Positions 22,711-35,722 are shown, counted from the first letter of the stretch. The stretch is 64,000 nt of DNA from Zancudomyces culisetae HAW-14-8 (GCA_052426225.1 JBNJNM010000023.1:620001-684000), one strand, 5' to 3'. The notes: generated from the sequence alone by a model not told the origin. Numbers and translations: made by a program.

Positions 22711-25275
22711 CCCATTCACCTCAGCTTCGTGCTTTTACTACTCCTCGCATCAACTCACTTCCCTCCTCTCTCCTTCTCACTCTGCCCTCCCCCACTCTCT
22801 TTCTATTTTCCATTCTTTTTTTGTTCGCACATTATTTGGCCCTTGCTTGGGGTTGCTCCTTCATCTTTTTTCGACTACTGGGAAAATTTGAAACCCAGGA
22901 TTTTCCTTACTCCTTGATACCATTGGCCACGTGGTTTCATTTTTATTACCCTTTAGTTAATTACAAATTGTGCAAATCCCGCAAATTGCAAAAATTGAAA
23001 AATGTGCAATGACTAGAATTGTCTTTTTCTCATTTCATATTTATGTCCCTCTCACCATTGTTGCGTTTTTTTTGTTTATAACCCGTGATCCGTTTCATAG
23101 CAAATAGCTATGATGCTCCTTATGTTCCAGGCTTAGTGTTTTATTTTTTATTTTTTAGCTTATCATTTGTGTCCAAATTCGCAATTCCGAATCCACTATT
23201 TTTGTGATTCTACTCTGCATAAAAGATAACATCCTAATCTGCATAATTGGTTTTTTGAGGATTTCTTGTTCACCTGACATTTTGCTTTAGAAAGATCAAT
23301 AGAAGCTAAAGCAGAGACAAAGACCACCCCTCAACTATTGGTGCAGAGCTTATCAATAAAGTGGTGCACATAGTCAGCAACTATACGCACTTTATCAACT
23401 ATATTGTGTAATCCCCCCTTCTTCAACATATGACTTATTGTGAGGGGGGGGACAAAGATTGAATGAATAAAGAAAAAATTGAACAAAAATTGAATATATA
23501 AAGCATAAAGACACTATTCTTTTCACATGACAACTCTGACACCAATATCTTGGCCTCGCCTGTGTTTGATAGGCTTTTTTTAACACCTGTTGCGTAGACT
23601 GCGTTTATCAGACACCAAATCACCTATAGATAAATTGGTGCAAGTACTCTCTAGCAAAGGGTCTTGAGTTCTTTTTTCCATTTGTTCCTCGTTTTTGTCA
23701 TAAGCCATGACCAAAATAGTCCGCAAAACAACTCCCAGCCCGTGCTCGAATTAGCTTCATGAAGCGATTCCAAAAGTAAATCCCGATGATCTCAATATCG
23801 GTTAAATGTAACCAAGCTATGTGAAAAAAAGCGCAACACTACACTTGGGGATGTCGCCTGTTGCTATTATCAGCTCCTGGATGTAACATAAAATACTTAT
23901 TACCACCTGTAGAGCTTTAATAAATAACTAGTAGCCAATATTACGAAACAAAAAGAACCACAATCGTTTCTTTATTCACATCAAACAAATATTAGCAATA
24001 CTCACTTGCCATGTGCAATAGTGTTCTTTTATATTACTTGCTAGTTTTGGAGTATTTTCCAAAAAAATATACACTCTCCATTTTACAACATTCACATCAA
24101 CATCAACACCAAAAACAACACTAAACACCCTTCACCCAGTTTCATTGTAGTTCTGTTGCTGATATTCACATTTGTCATATTTCATCAAACAGAAACCATG
24201 TTGACTATGCCTATATTTGATGTTTGGGTCATCATTTCCAGATATTTTTGTATATATAAAATTGTGTTTATGTGTTTATGTATGCGGCAATATGTGTCAT
24301 CCCCCCCCCCCCAACCATAGATTCACAAATATTATGCGCTTCCGTATCCAAAACTCATAATATGTCTGCTTTGGGTAAAAGTAGACTACATAAAATGACC
24401 GTATTTTACTATATCCACTTTACCATCATTTTACTATATTATTTTGGTGCAAAACTATGCTTACTCGTAACTATCTATTCATTACATTTCTACTTGCCGT
24501 CAGCCAGTCAACCTTAACAGTTTAAATAAAATCTAGACCACCTTACACTTCAAACGGAATAAAATTTTGTAAATACATATCTATCGCACAGCTTAATGTG
24601 GCGTCTCTGAGAGGCACTTACCTATACATTCTAAAGGGCTAGTTAATGGTGACATCATCGTAGCCTGTTAATAAACCAATTATATGCTTCAGCCAAAACT
24701 ACACACACAAAAAATAGTATTAATAACTATATTGCTGTTGAAACTTATATAAAACACACATTTACCGCCCATTGTGACAAAGAGTATATTACTGATATAC
24801 ATGTCCAATGGAGTTTTTGCTACCAGCAACACATGTTTTATCATTGCCTTAATAGTTTTTATACCCTAAAAAGGAGAGAAAAATATTGATACTGTTCCAA
24901 AGTGTTTACATTGCAGTGGATATTTCGCACTCTGTAGTCATAACCCCTATTTCCTGGCTTCATCAAACGCACAGCAAACTTTGGAAGATAGCACAGTGTG
25001 GTTGCACAGTCTACCTACCTTTCAGTAGTAGCATTTCCTATTTATTTTAGCTTGCTTTTCGAGTATTGCCAAATTATGATTCCTAGTCATTTGCTGATCA
25101 AGCTTTTTGAAGTCCAAAAAAAATTTTTTTTCCCGATTTTTGCCTTGGTCTTTCTTTAGATTACTCTTTTTAAGAACCTCTCAAACAAACCAGATCCAAA
25201 CCCACAAGCCTACAAATTGTAACTGTCAAGATCGATTCTATTAAAGATATTCTCGAGGGTACAAAGAAAAACAAA

Positions 25276-26112
25276 ATGCTGTATATAATAGGACTGGGGC
25301 TAGCTGACGAATACGACATTACATTGAAAGGGCTAAATGCCATAAAAAAATGTAAAAGGGTTTATCTGGAGGCATACACGAGCATACTACTGGTTGAGAA
25401 GGAGAAATTGGAAAAGCTGTATGAAAAGGAGCTAATACTTGCCGATCGAGACATGGTAGAGCAGAGTAGCGAAGAAATCCTTGAAGGTGCAGATCAGTAT
25501 GATGTGGCCTTCTTGGTAGTGGGCGATCCATATGGAGCCACTACACACACCGATTTGGTCATACGTGCCAGAGAAAAAAACATAGAAGTAAAAGCAATTC
25601 ACAATGCATCGATAATAAATGCTGTGGGTGTCACGGGACTACAACTGTATAAATTTGGACAAGTGGTATCGCTGGTATTTTACGAGGAAGGAGGATGGAC
25701 TTCTATGGAAAATAGACCTACCAGTTGGTACGACAAAATCAAAGAGAATAGAAAACTCGGATTGCATACACTATGTCTGCTAGATATAAAGGTCAAAGAA
25801 CAAAGTATTGAAAACTTGGCCAGAAATAGAAAAATATACGAACCCCCAAGATACATGACTGTAAGCCAGGCAGCCAAGATCCTACTTGAAACTGAAGAAT
25901 ATAAAAAGGAAGATGCTTATGGACCAAATACTTTGGCTATTGGTGTTGCTAGAGTTGGTGCCGATTCACAGAAAATTGCGGTAGGCACCCTCGAAAAGTT
26001 AGTTGATGTAGACATGGGGCCACCACTACACTCTCTAATTATAATTGGGGAAGAAAAAGGTCAGCAGCTTCACGAGCTTGAACTGGAGTATCTTAAGCAC
26101 TATTTTGTTTAG
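25276..26112 (+). CDS. DPH5: Diphthine methyl ester synthase
   Basis: [65 protein letters not shown]. Confidence 0.97.
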   Translation: MLYIIGLGLADEYDITLKGLNAIKKCKRVYLEAYTSILLVEKEKLEKLYEKELILADRDMVEQSSEEILEGADQYDVAFLVVGDPYGATTHTDLVIRAREKNIEVKAIHNASIINAVGVTGLQLYKFGQVVSLVFYEEGGWTSMENRPTSWYDKIKENRKLGLHTLCLLDIKVKEQSIENLARNRKIYEPPRYMTVSQAAKILLETEEYKKEDAYGPNTLAIGVARVGADSQKIAVGTLEKLVDVDMGPPLHSLIIIGEEKGQQLHELELEYLKHYFV

Positions 26113-26138
26113 ACTTTTACTTTTCCGCTCCATCCGTT

Positions 26139-26843
26139 TTATTTATGATTTGTGTTATCTTTGATCTTCAAGATTTCGTTTATCTTTTTCGTATTATTTT
26201 CTTTGTGGTTGGTACTGTTTGTGGCCGAGGGGTATTCATTAAACTTGAAAGATTGCGCACTTTTAACGGAATTTTCTAAATCTCTACGCATATTATTAGA
26301 GTATTTTGGTTAGCTTAGTGAATGTCGCTGTCGTAATAGAGCATAGTAGTAGATAAAAAGGTATTACGTTATGGTGGATGCAATTAAATATCTTTGTTTG
26401 TGGAGTTCAGCAGCCAATTCATACTGATGATTATTCATTAATTTGTCATTAACTACGACGATTAGCCTTTTTTTTTGCTTTAGGCAACTTAAAATAGTAC
26501 CCGCACCTAATATATTAATACATGAATATTTAGACCATATACCTTTTTTTGCAAGATTTATAAGAAAAAGCACGGCTTTACAAGTACCAGAGAATTTACC
26601 TGCATGGCTAATAACTAGATCAGCACGATCGTAGTAAGATGAAAGGTCGTTGGAATAGTCGAATAGCTGAATGCACAAACCGGACTTTCTGGGAGTTGGG
26701 AGGGGCGTTGAATTACCATGTTGGATTATCAACTGCGTATATCCAAGTTGTTCGAATAAGACAAGAAGAGAGCCTGAGGAAAAAATGTGAGAAATCAACT
26801 CGTCAAACCTTGTAGTTCCCACAGTTACAAACACCGTTTTCAT
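26139..26843 (-). CDS. ALG13: UDP-GlcNAc transferase subunit ALG13, 3 exons
   Basis: VFVTVGTTRFD, ADLVISHAG|AGT, IVVVNDKLMNNHQYELA. Introns 26507-26599 and about 26284-26367. The last exon ends in TAA at 26139. Confidence 0.9.
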
Positions 26844-27100
26844 TTGCTTGTCTCTTGTTTTATATATAAAGCAATTTCTTTTCTTTGTTTTTCATTGATG
26901 AGGAGAATAACATTAAATTAAAGTTTGCGATAGTTTCGAAAAACCAAGCTTTACAGAAAAAATTATACGAACATTAATCCAACACTGTGTTGGAAGCACG
27001 TTTTGCTTTATATTTAAAAAAAAAATAAAAATGAGTGACCTAGTGAAAAGTGCATAACACTATGGTTTATGTATATACGAGTCAAGACAAGCGAAAATGG

Positions 27101-28726
27101 CTAGCTAGGTGACTTTTCGCAAATAACTGTTTCCTCTTGCTCAGTCGCTGCATTTTTTACACTCAAATCAATGTGCTTAACAAATACAGATACTAAAAAC
27201 CCTAGACAGGCTAGACATCCTGAAACCAAAAAGATAACATTAAGAGAATGTACAAACGCTTGTGTTACGGATTCACGAGCGTAGTCATCTGTAATCAGAG
27301 CTAAGGATGTGGTTTGACCTTTGAATACCATGTCTATCTGTGAAGAAAAATCTGGAAACTGTGCGCTGAGAGATATAGCACTAGGCTCAAATACACCTTG
27401 TTGGATACCCTTAAACATAGCTACCCCCAACAACCCTCCAACACTGCGTGAAAAGTTGATTAGTGCAGTTGTAAGTGCCATATCTGGCTTGGTTACCGCA
27501 GCTTGGGCTGCTATAGTCACAGGTGTGAGTCTGAATCCTATTCCGAACCCGACTAGTGCTATATAAATTGCTATAATCGGAAAGCTGCTGTTAGCACGCA
27601 CACTATACATTAGGAAGGAGCCAATGATAAGCAACGTGCTACCTATCCAAAGAAATGGGCGATATACGCCTGTTTTTGTTATTAAAAAACCACTCCCTGT
27701 GCTCGCCACGACAACGCCTATCATCCATGGCCATGTGTCAATTCCGGCGGTCTTTGGAGTACGTTGATACAGTGCAACAAATAGTGATGGGATATAAAAT
27801 ATCCCTGCATACATTATTATACCAGTAATCATGGCTCCAAGCATGTTTGTATAAACGTTGCGGTAACGCAGCAGCTTTAAAGGTAATAAAGGCTCCGTTC
27901 TTTTATGTTCTACATATACAAAGGCAACAAAAAACACGACTCCAATGATAATTGGAAGCAGCGCCTTTACCGAGCTCCATCCACTAGTCGTGCTGTTATT
28001 TAATCCAACAAGTATCAATACTATACCACCGCACATAGTTACTATCCCTGGATAATCTATTCTACGCAGCTTCTCGTTAATACTCCCCTCGGGCGTTTTT
28101 AGCCGGACAAGCCACGTTAAAGGAATAGCCGTTACAACCAATACAGGTACATTTATATACATTGTCCACCTCCAGCCCATCGCATCCGTGATAAGCCCAC
28201 CAATTAGTGGCCCCATTACTTGACCCATTCCATTTGCTGCGCTTATTACTCCCATATATTTTCCTCGCTGCCTAAGAGGAACTATATCGGCTATTATAAT
28301 ATTTACGATTGCTAACACTGCCGCAGCACCGAGACCCATCAAAGCTCTAAATACTATCAACATCGTCATGCTTTTACTTGCACCAGATACTCCTGAAAAA
28401 ACAGCTAAAAGTACAATTCCTGAAACCATCACTTGTCTCCTCCCCAATATGTCACTCAATCTTCCCCATACCGGCTGCAGCGCGGTTGTTGTTATCAGAA
28501 ATGATTGTGCTACCCATCCTATATTATCGATCCCAAGCTCTGTGCCTATAGCATAATTTGCTGTTGAAATGCTTGTTCCTGACAACATCCCAAAGAAAAT
28601 CAATACGGTCAGGCCTACTACTATCAATGCCACTCTTATGGGCGTTATTTCATGATCCTGATACACGGTTGTATCTAGGCTTAGTTCTTTCTGCGCTTCT
28701 ATTTCATCATTCTTGTGTCTCTTCAT
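27101..28726 (-). CDS. MFS drug:H+ antiporter-type (DHA2/14-TMS) transporter
   Basis: Motif A WGRLSDILGRR, FRALMGLG, DIVPLRQRGKY, GPLIGG, RRIDYPG, many TM segments. Confidence 0.93.
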   Translation of the reverse strand: MKRHKNDEIEAQKELSLDTTVYQDHEITPIRVALIVVGLTVLIFFGMLSGTSISTANYAIGTELGIDNIGWVAQSFLITTTALQPVWGRLSDILGRRQVMVSGIVLLAVFSGVSGASKSMTMLIVFRALMGLGAAAVLAIVNIIIADIVPLRQRGKYMGVISAANGMGQVMGPLIGGLITDAMGWRWTMYINVPVLVVTAIPLTWLVRLKTPEGSINEKLRRIDYPGIVTMCGGIVLILVGLNNSTTSGWSSVKALLPIIIGVVFFVAFVYVEHKRTEPLLPLKLLRYRNVYTNMLGAMITGIIMYAGIFYIPSLFVALYQRTPKTAGIDTWPWMIGVVVASTGSGFLITKTGVYRPFLWIGSTLLIIGSFLMYSVRANSSFPIIAIYIALVGFGIGFRLTPVTIAAQAAVTKPDMALTTALINFSRSVGGLLGVAMFKGIQQGVFEPSAISLSAQFPDFSSQIDMVFKGQTTSLALITDDYARESVTQAFVHSLNVIFLVSGCLACLGFLVSVFVKHIDLSVKNAATEQEETVICEKSPS

Positions 28727-31700
28727 AGTTTTATATATTTTGTTGGGATAGGTTCGGTTTGGTCGGCTTTACTTTGTATTAGTTTGTTTTGAGTACTGGG
28801 TATACTCCTCACTTCCATTACCTTGTTGTTTTATTTAGTTTTACAGAAGTTTCTAGCATTTGTTTTAAAATACTTTATATTACCTTTACATTCAATAGAT
28901 CTAAATATGTGTATGTTTTTTAAACGAAAACTCCCTACTAAACTTAAATACACAAGATTTACTATAAAATCTTGCTGGTTGCGTGGATATGGGAAAATAT
29001 TTTCAACAATTGAAGATATTCAGGAAAGCTAAGAGGAGGAGGGGGGGGTTGAGACTAAAATATATCAGCATGAACATATTATCCAGTGTTTGTCGGTATA
29101 AAGCTTATGTAAACGGAAAATACTATTTTTTTGCTGGATAGTTATTGTGATTTTTTCGCACGATTTATTTGCATTCAATAAAACACGTTTTTGGAGACCA
29201 AATTATATAAACCCAACAGTCCAATCTTCACACCTTCCCTCATCATCCAATCCCTTTACATATCTATTTCAAACATACCCACACAATCCGCCTCATTACC
29301 TCCCCCTCTGCTTTCCTGCCCCAATGTCAATACAACAAGTAATTTTTGTCCTACCTATAACCTTTAAACAATGTAATATGAATATTTTGGACATCATCCC
29401 TCTCTTCTTGACCTTTTAATTTCTAATTTTTTTTCTTGAATTAGACAGTTTAGAGTGATATTAGCTCATCCCCTTTTATGTCTAGCAAACTCGAAATTTG
29501 TGCTACCATCCCCCATTTGATTATCCTCGATAAAATCAAAATAAAAAAACCCTATAATCTATTTTTAGCGGCTTAGTGACGTATTTTGCGAATGGGCAAG
29601 CCGTATTCGCCAAATAAGTATCCTCAAATGAAATAGAATAAAGCTACCTCTGAAGTTTAATCCGATAAGAAGGCTATTTATTTTTAGTGTGGTTTGCTGA
29701 GTAGTGCAATTAATGCTCTCAATTATATCCATGATTAACACGCTCCTGTGAAAAACATTTGAAATGACTATACATCTGATTCAGGCTGTACAGCTGCATA
29801 CAACATTGTAAAAGGCGAAATTCAAAATATGTATTTGCACGTGATACACACATAGCTAAAACTATATAGGTACCTTTAAATAGCACGCGCTCCATTTGTT
29901 TTGGGCATTTTTTATATGCAAGCAAGTGTTCTCGGCTTAGAAATCCAAAAAAAGAACGGATGGGATTGAGAGACACGATCCAAAACTGTCATAAAATAAA
30001 TTTATTGAGTATGCTTTGTACACATGATATATCATTTAAAGCATTCCATAAATATATTTACGTGGTTTGATTTTGTTTCCTCTCTTGAAATACATAATGT
30101 TCTTCGCAGATATTCTAGTGAAGAATTGATGTTATAAGCGGGTTATAGTAGCTTAAAAGCGTAAAGACGAACTCCTATCTTTGCTAAATTGATAGGAACA
30201 TTCAATCTACTTCCCTGTAAGAGCGCATGCCTGTGATACAAATATAACTTAACCACCATGCTAGAAAAAAATATAGACTCCTCAAACAAGCATAACTCAA
30301 TATTTTTGGATCATCAGTATCTCCAATCTCATTATTATAATATAATAGCTTTTTAAAAATAAAAAAACGCACACTAAAAAGGATATATACATGGCTGCTT
30401 TGTATTTACATCAGCTGATGTATTCTTGCAGTATATTGAGACCAAGTAATTCTATCATGATGCGTGCCATAATAACACATCTAAAACTCAGCCCTCATGT
30501 TGCTTGGTGTAGGTGCCAAAGTTGTTAGGATTATGTTTCGCTATTTGCATTTAGCTTTACCATAACCAATCGGATGGAAATAGCCTTCTGCTAATCAGCT
30601 TGAGCATAAAAAAAGAGGCATTTTCATTCCACACTCCATCCTATTAAAGGAATACTTAGTGGGGTAATGTCATGGTAATTCGGCAACACTTTGCCTATGA
30701 ATATCTCCATACACTATTCACACGCTTTTCCCGGTAAAACAACCGGGTGTAGCGAAAGCCATTTATTTGTATTCGCGCATTCTAGAATCTCACCTGCCCT
30801 CTAATACATCGGTTTTTTTTTCTGTTCCGGGTTTATACTTACAACACTAATACAGCTAAGATCTTATATGTGAAAAGAAAACCTGGGCTCAGATTTTGTT
30901 TGGTTGAACCTTATTAGAAATGTAGGAACTCTTACAGATTTTTGATTCACACATGCCTCTTTTTTAGGGCGTTCTAAAGCCAACAGCTACACACCCGAAG
31001 AACCGCTTTTAGTACAGACAAAACAGTACCAATGTTAGTCAATGGAAAGATAGTAACAGGGTATACAACTATCAAATCAAATGCTGGCTTCCTCAGGGGC
31101 CAAATAGTTTAAAGTTAAGAAAATTGGATACTCCTCTCTAGGATGGAAGGGGGAAGGGGGGAAGGGGAGGATGTAACCTTGGATTATAACATGCTACTTT
31201 TGGGTAACCAGGGGTAACAATAGGTTGAATTGTTTTTTTTTGATTATCCAAACGCAAGTTGGTGCCGTTTTTATTCATGCCCATCTTACAACAGTTTTTT
31301 TTTCAATACACTATATATCTACTCGTGCTCTTATTATTTATCTGTATATTATCAGCTGTTTTAAGAGGCATTAAATGCGGAATCAAAAGAGGTTATAATG
31401 AAGATTGGCACTCGTGTGTCAGCTTTGTTTTGACAAATCAGTTTATACATAACCATGAAAATAAGGATAGAGTATTGGATACAGTTCTATTATAGTGCCT
31501 TATAGCTATTACCGATAGCTATAGCTGTTCACAAAAATCGATCTTTTTTATGTCCTTTATACTCAAAAAAAGTATAAATAGGACGTACCTTTAAGGTTAC
31601 TTCACAAGACATAGATCAAGTAAATCTGTATATACCTAATAGCTCTTGTTGTATGCGTTTTAGAAATAAACACACTGTACAAAAGAGAGCCTCAGTAGAA

Positions 31701-31854
31701 AGAGAATAATTAATTGAAATAGCATTCGCTAATCATACTCAAAAGCAATCTACCCATACTTAGTGTGCTATAACAGTTAAAGCCGCTTTACAATCACCAT
31801 CAAATATTTAGCAACTAAAAACAATCTTTTCGTTTTAGCCTATTTTTAAAAAAA

Positions 31855-32997
31855 ATGAAGCTCAGTTCTTATGTTTCAGCAATAGCCATTTCAGTTCTAG
31901 GGTTCAACCAAGATGTATCCGCACAGTTTATGGATAATTCTGGCTGTGGAAGAATTCTTGTTAGAAAAGAAGTAAATGATCTGTCGCAGGGCGAGTGGAT
32001 GGCATTTGCAAGAGTTGCACAAGAACTACACAGAAGAGGTATATTAGAACAATTTGCCAGAATTCACAACAATCTTGGAATGGTGGTACATAACTCAGGA
32101 GTATTCTTACCATGGCATCGCAGGTTTGTAAACCATCTTCAACAAGCTGTATTTTCAATCGATCCTAGTGTTGTTCTCCCATACTGGGACTGGACAATTA
32201 GTTGGCAAGCACCGGAACGAAATCCTGTTCTAACAGGAAATATGTTTGGTGGAAACGGATTCGGAGCTTCTAGATGTATTCGTAATGGAATATCAGCAGG
32301 ATGGCAAAAAAGGTATCCGTTTAACGGCTGCGTTACGCGAATTTTTAAAGACATTTCCTCTCCAGGAGCATTTTGGCCACCGAATGCGGTTGCGAGACTA
32401 TCTAATAATGCTCGAAATTTTGCAGAGTTCAGCCAGAATTTAGAGAATGGACCTCATGGAATTGTACATATTGGAATAGGGGGTGATATGAATGAAATGT
32501 GGGCGCCCAATGAGTAAGTGGTATATTCACTAATTCAGCATTTTTTGAGCATATTGTTAACATTAAAATTATCAACAACAAATAGCATATTATTCTTTTT
32601 GCATCATGGAATGGTGGACAAGGTGTGGGCAGATTGGCAAAGTATGAACCAGGTGAATGCAAGAGATGTAAATAGCCGTGCTGCAAATGGACAACGTATC
32701 ACACTACAAAGCTGGCTCCCATATTACAACGAACCTATTTATACCGCAATGAATACGAGAGGATCAGGCTACTGTTATGTCTACCAACCTCCTCAAATGT
32801 CTGGCTTTAGAACACTTGGTAGTAATAACAGTACAATGTATGATGACATTGATCTGGACGGAGGTAAATTACCAATACCTACAATTGAGCTCGAAAGCAT
32901 TATGGAATCCAAATTTATGTACAATCCAAGAATCGTTCAAAGAATGAATGAGTTGGTTGCTGAAGTTGTTAGTGAGATGAATAATCGCACCTCATAA
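31855..32997 (+). CDS. Secreted tyrosinase / type-3 copper protein, 2 exons
   Basis: Signal peptide, VRKE, CuA H..H..FLPWHR, PYWDW, CuB PHGIVH and ND|ILFFLHH after intron 32514-32585 (GTAAGT..TAG). YVY motif. Confidence 0.93.
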
Positions 32998-33508
32998 TTT
33001 CAATGTCTAGCATACGCATTTATATCTTTTCGTTGGATTGAAAGCTCTGCCTATCCAATCCAAAAAAAAGAAAAAGAAAACACATTTCCATATGCTAGGT
33101 TAATTTTTAGCAAACTTCATTTCCTTTTTTTTCCCACACACATCTAGGCAATGTTCCAATTATATTAGCTTTAATTATAAGTTTTAGTTTTTATCTCGAA
33201 ATCATTTCAATGAGTATAATTTGCAATTATTAATAACAACACAGCTGCCCCATACTACCCCCTAATTAGCTGGAATTTTATTCTCCACTATATATTTTTT
33301 TTAGCCGTTCTCAAACCTACTCAAAAGATATGAGACGGGCTCTCAAGAAAAACACGAAATAGAAGAGAAATACCAGCATTTTTGCAGGTGGATTTGCGTT
33401 AATAGATATGAATGCCTATCCGGAAAGATATATTGTGTAAATAAGGTAATATTGAGCGGTTTTCTATATTCCTAGACTTAACTACACTCACATACACCAA
33501 CAAAGGAA

Positions 33509-35722
33509 TCAGGGGGTGAACGTGTTAGCAAAAGAAGGGTGTGTTGATGACATCAGGCGAGGGGAGCCTATAACATTTGCGGTTTGTTCGTTTTTCTGGT
33601 GCGCCACCTTTTTTTTTCCAGGAATATTTCTTCCGCGGAGGATGTTTCTGGCTTTAGTAAAAATCGAACTAGATGTATTGCTTGTTGTTACTGCACTGTT
33701 TGATGAAAGATGTTTATCCTTAGCCTCAGCTTCGTTCAAAATGGATTTAATTTGTGATTCAAAAGATGAAATATCACCAGCAAGGGTTTTTGCAGATGAA
33801 TCTAGTGAATACTGTGAGGTAGGTGATATGCCGTCTGATTTCCCACCACTATCACAGGGTGAAAAAATGCTGTAATCCGGAATAGGACTGACTCCTTCGA
33901 CCTCAGAAGACGCACTAATTACAATATGAGCGGGTGAGCGGCGACCACCATTGCTCTTTTCAGCCATAGTCGAAGAGGCTAGCAGGAAAGGCGTTCTACT
34001 CCCATCACCTGCATTTTTTTGGTTTTGATTCAAAAGGGATTCAATATCATCTATGTCATTAAAAGCAGTTGGGGATAAGACGGTAGGTGAGAAAGAAACA
34101 TCATTGTGTGTAGAGTACGAAGAAAGTTGTGCAAGATTGGTGAATGATTTTGACTTTCTACGTTCTCTTTGATATTCAAAAGTGGGTGGAGTAGGGTTTA
34201 TAACGCTTGGAAGATTTGAACGGTCAATAAGACTCTCATCTGTGATATTTGATGGACCATAGAATATCTCCTCATCAAAAAGCCCACCATTACAGTTTGA
34301 CTTCAAAAACACAAGGTTATCCATATTAGGTAATACCCACGAGGTCTTGATCAGCTCGATTATTTGTTTTTTTATAATATCAACAATTGAGGTTGTTTTA
34401 ATCTGACGACCATTAACAAACGGTTCGAGATCAAGCAGTATTTGGGGCATTTTTGTAAACCCAAACCAAATGCGATTTGATGGCGGTCGTTTAATTTTTA
34501 CGATAAGCCTACCCTTAAGGCTCTTTAGCGTTGCTGCAATACCCATCTTGAACCGCATACTGACAATATTTACCTCCAATTCTAGCTTTATACTGAATCC
34601 ACCACAATACTCTACGTCGGTGCTAACTAGTACTTCTCCATTCTCGCCCAGATGATCTAAATTTACATTTTTAATGATAGGTGTGTTTTCGCCAACATCA
34701 AGACCAACAACTTGCAGATTGGATAAAAAAGTGGGTAGGGTCATTTTACTAAACTTGTATTTAGTCTGTGCCAAAATGTACTTTCTGATGAGTTTTGTAT
34801 TCATAACTCCTAGCAGTATTCGGCTAAAAAGTGCATTTATCAGTGCATCAGTATTGTTGGTCAAGCCTTTGATGTTTTCTTGTACTTGTTTCCATGGTAT
34901 AACTCCACTCAAAGTCTTTTTTACATCATTTTTTGCTATCATCGAAGCATAAAATAGCTCCGTAAACCAATCCTCCTTCTCAGTCATTTGCTCGCAATAA
35001 ATGTATATTACACCCCCATTCACTCGTTTGAGCAATATTGGAAGCCTTCTCGAGTATATGCTGCCATCGGAATAGGAAGGTAGCTTTCTTAGCTCCACTA
35101 GATAATCTTTCAACTTGAATGCCAAGTACACCTTCTCATCATTCGTCTTGTCCTCCTCTTTCTCGTAAAGTCTGAATGTGGTGTCGACCAAGACACCATA
35201 GAACCGTGTTAGTTCGTACATATCTTTTTTTATTTTTACATCTTTTTCATTCGCGTCACCATTAGAATCCGCCTTTACACCTTCGTGGCCTTGTTTCTGT
35301 TGCTTTTTTTCGTTTGTACCCGATTTTTTGGGTTTCCGCATCTTCTTCATACCCATTGTTACAATATCTGAAAGTGTATTTACTTTATCACCAAGTTCGT
35401 CTTCTACCAATTTTATATTTACCCAGCCTTCTATCCTTTTCCCGAGCGCACCCCTATTTATTAGTTTGGATCTTTCCACTTGATCCTCAGAGTCTACTCC
35501 ATTCCACGAAGAACCGAGAGCCGCGCCAAATAACCCGTCCTTGATTTTTGGTAGCGTGGGATTTCTTTTGTCCATAATAGCTTTTTCGATTTCATAATGC
35601 TTTCTTTGTGCATTCAGTTCGTCTTTTAGTTGTGGCAGTAAAGAATACCATAAGTATATTGCAGCTACAACCAGCAAAGGTGTAGTCAGCATACCCAGGA
35701 TAAAGATTACTATCCCACTCAT
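33509..35722 (-). CDS. Nvj2/TEX2-like SMP-domain lipid-transfer protein
   Basis: N-terminal TM, PH-like region ending EKEDWF, INALFSR, KRPPSNRIWFGF, WVLPNMD, Ser-rich tail. Confidence 0.85.
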   Translation of the reverse strand: MSGIVIFILGMLTTPLLVVAAIYLWYSLLPQLKDELNAQRKHYEIEKAIMDKRNPTLPKIKDGLFGAALGSSWNGVDSEDQVERSKLINRGALGKRIEGWVNIKLVEDELGDKVNTLSDIVTMGMKKMRKPKKSGTNEKKQQKQGHEGVKADSNGDANEKDVKIKKDMYELTRFYGVLVDTTFRLYEKEEDKTNDEKVYLAFKLKDYLVELRKLPSYSDGSIYSRRLPILLKRVNGGVIYIYCEQMTEKEDWFTELFYASMIAKNDVKKTLSGVIPWKQVQENIKGLTNNTDALINALFSRILLGVMNTKLIRKYILAQTKYKFSKMTLPTFLSNLQVVGLDVGENTPIIKNVNLDHLGENGEVLVSTDVEYCGGFSIKLELEVNIVSMRFKMGIAATLKSLKGRLIVKIKRPPSNRIWFGFTKMPQILLDLEPFVNGRQIKTTSIVDIIKKQIIELIKTSWVLPNMDNLVFLKSNCNGGLFDEEIFYGPSNITDESLIDRSNLPSVINPTPPTFEYQRERRKSKSFTNLAQLSSYSTHNDVSFSPTVLSPTAFNDIDDIESLLNQNQKNAGDGSRTPFLLASSTMAEKSNGGRRSPAHIVISASSEVEGVSPIPDYSIFSPCDSGGKSDGISPTSQYSLDSSAKTLAGDISSFESQIKSILNEAEAKDKHLSSNSAVTTSNTSSSIFTKARNILRGRNIPGKKKVAHQKNEQTANVIGSPRLMSSTHPSFANTFTP

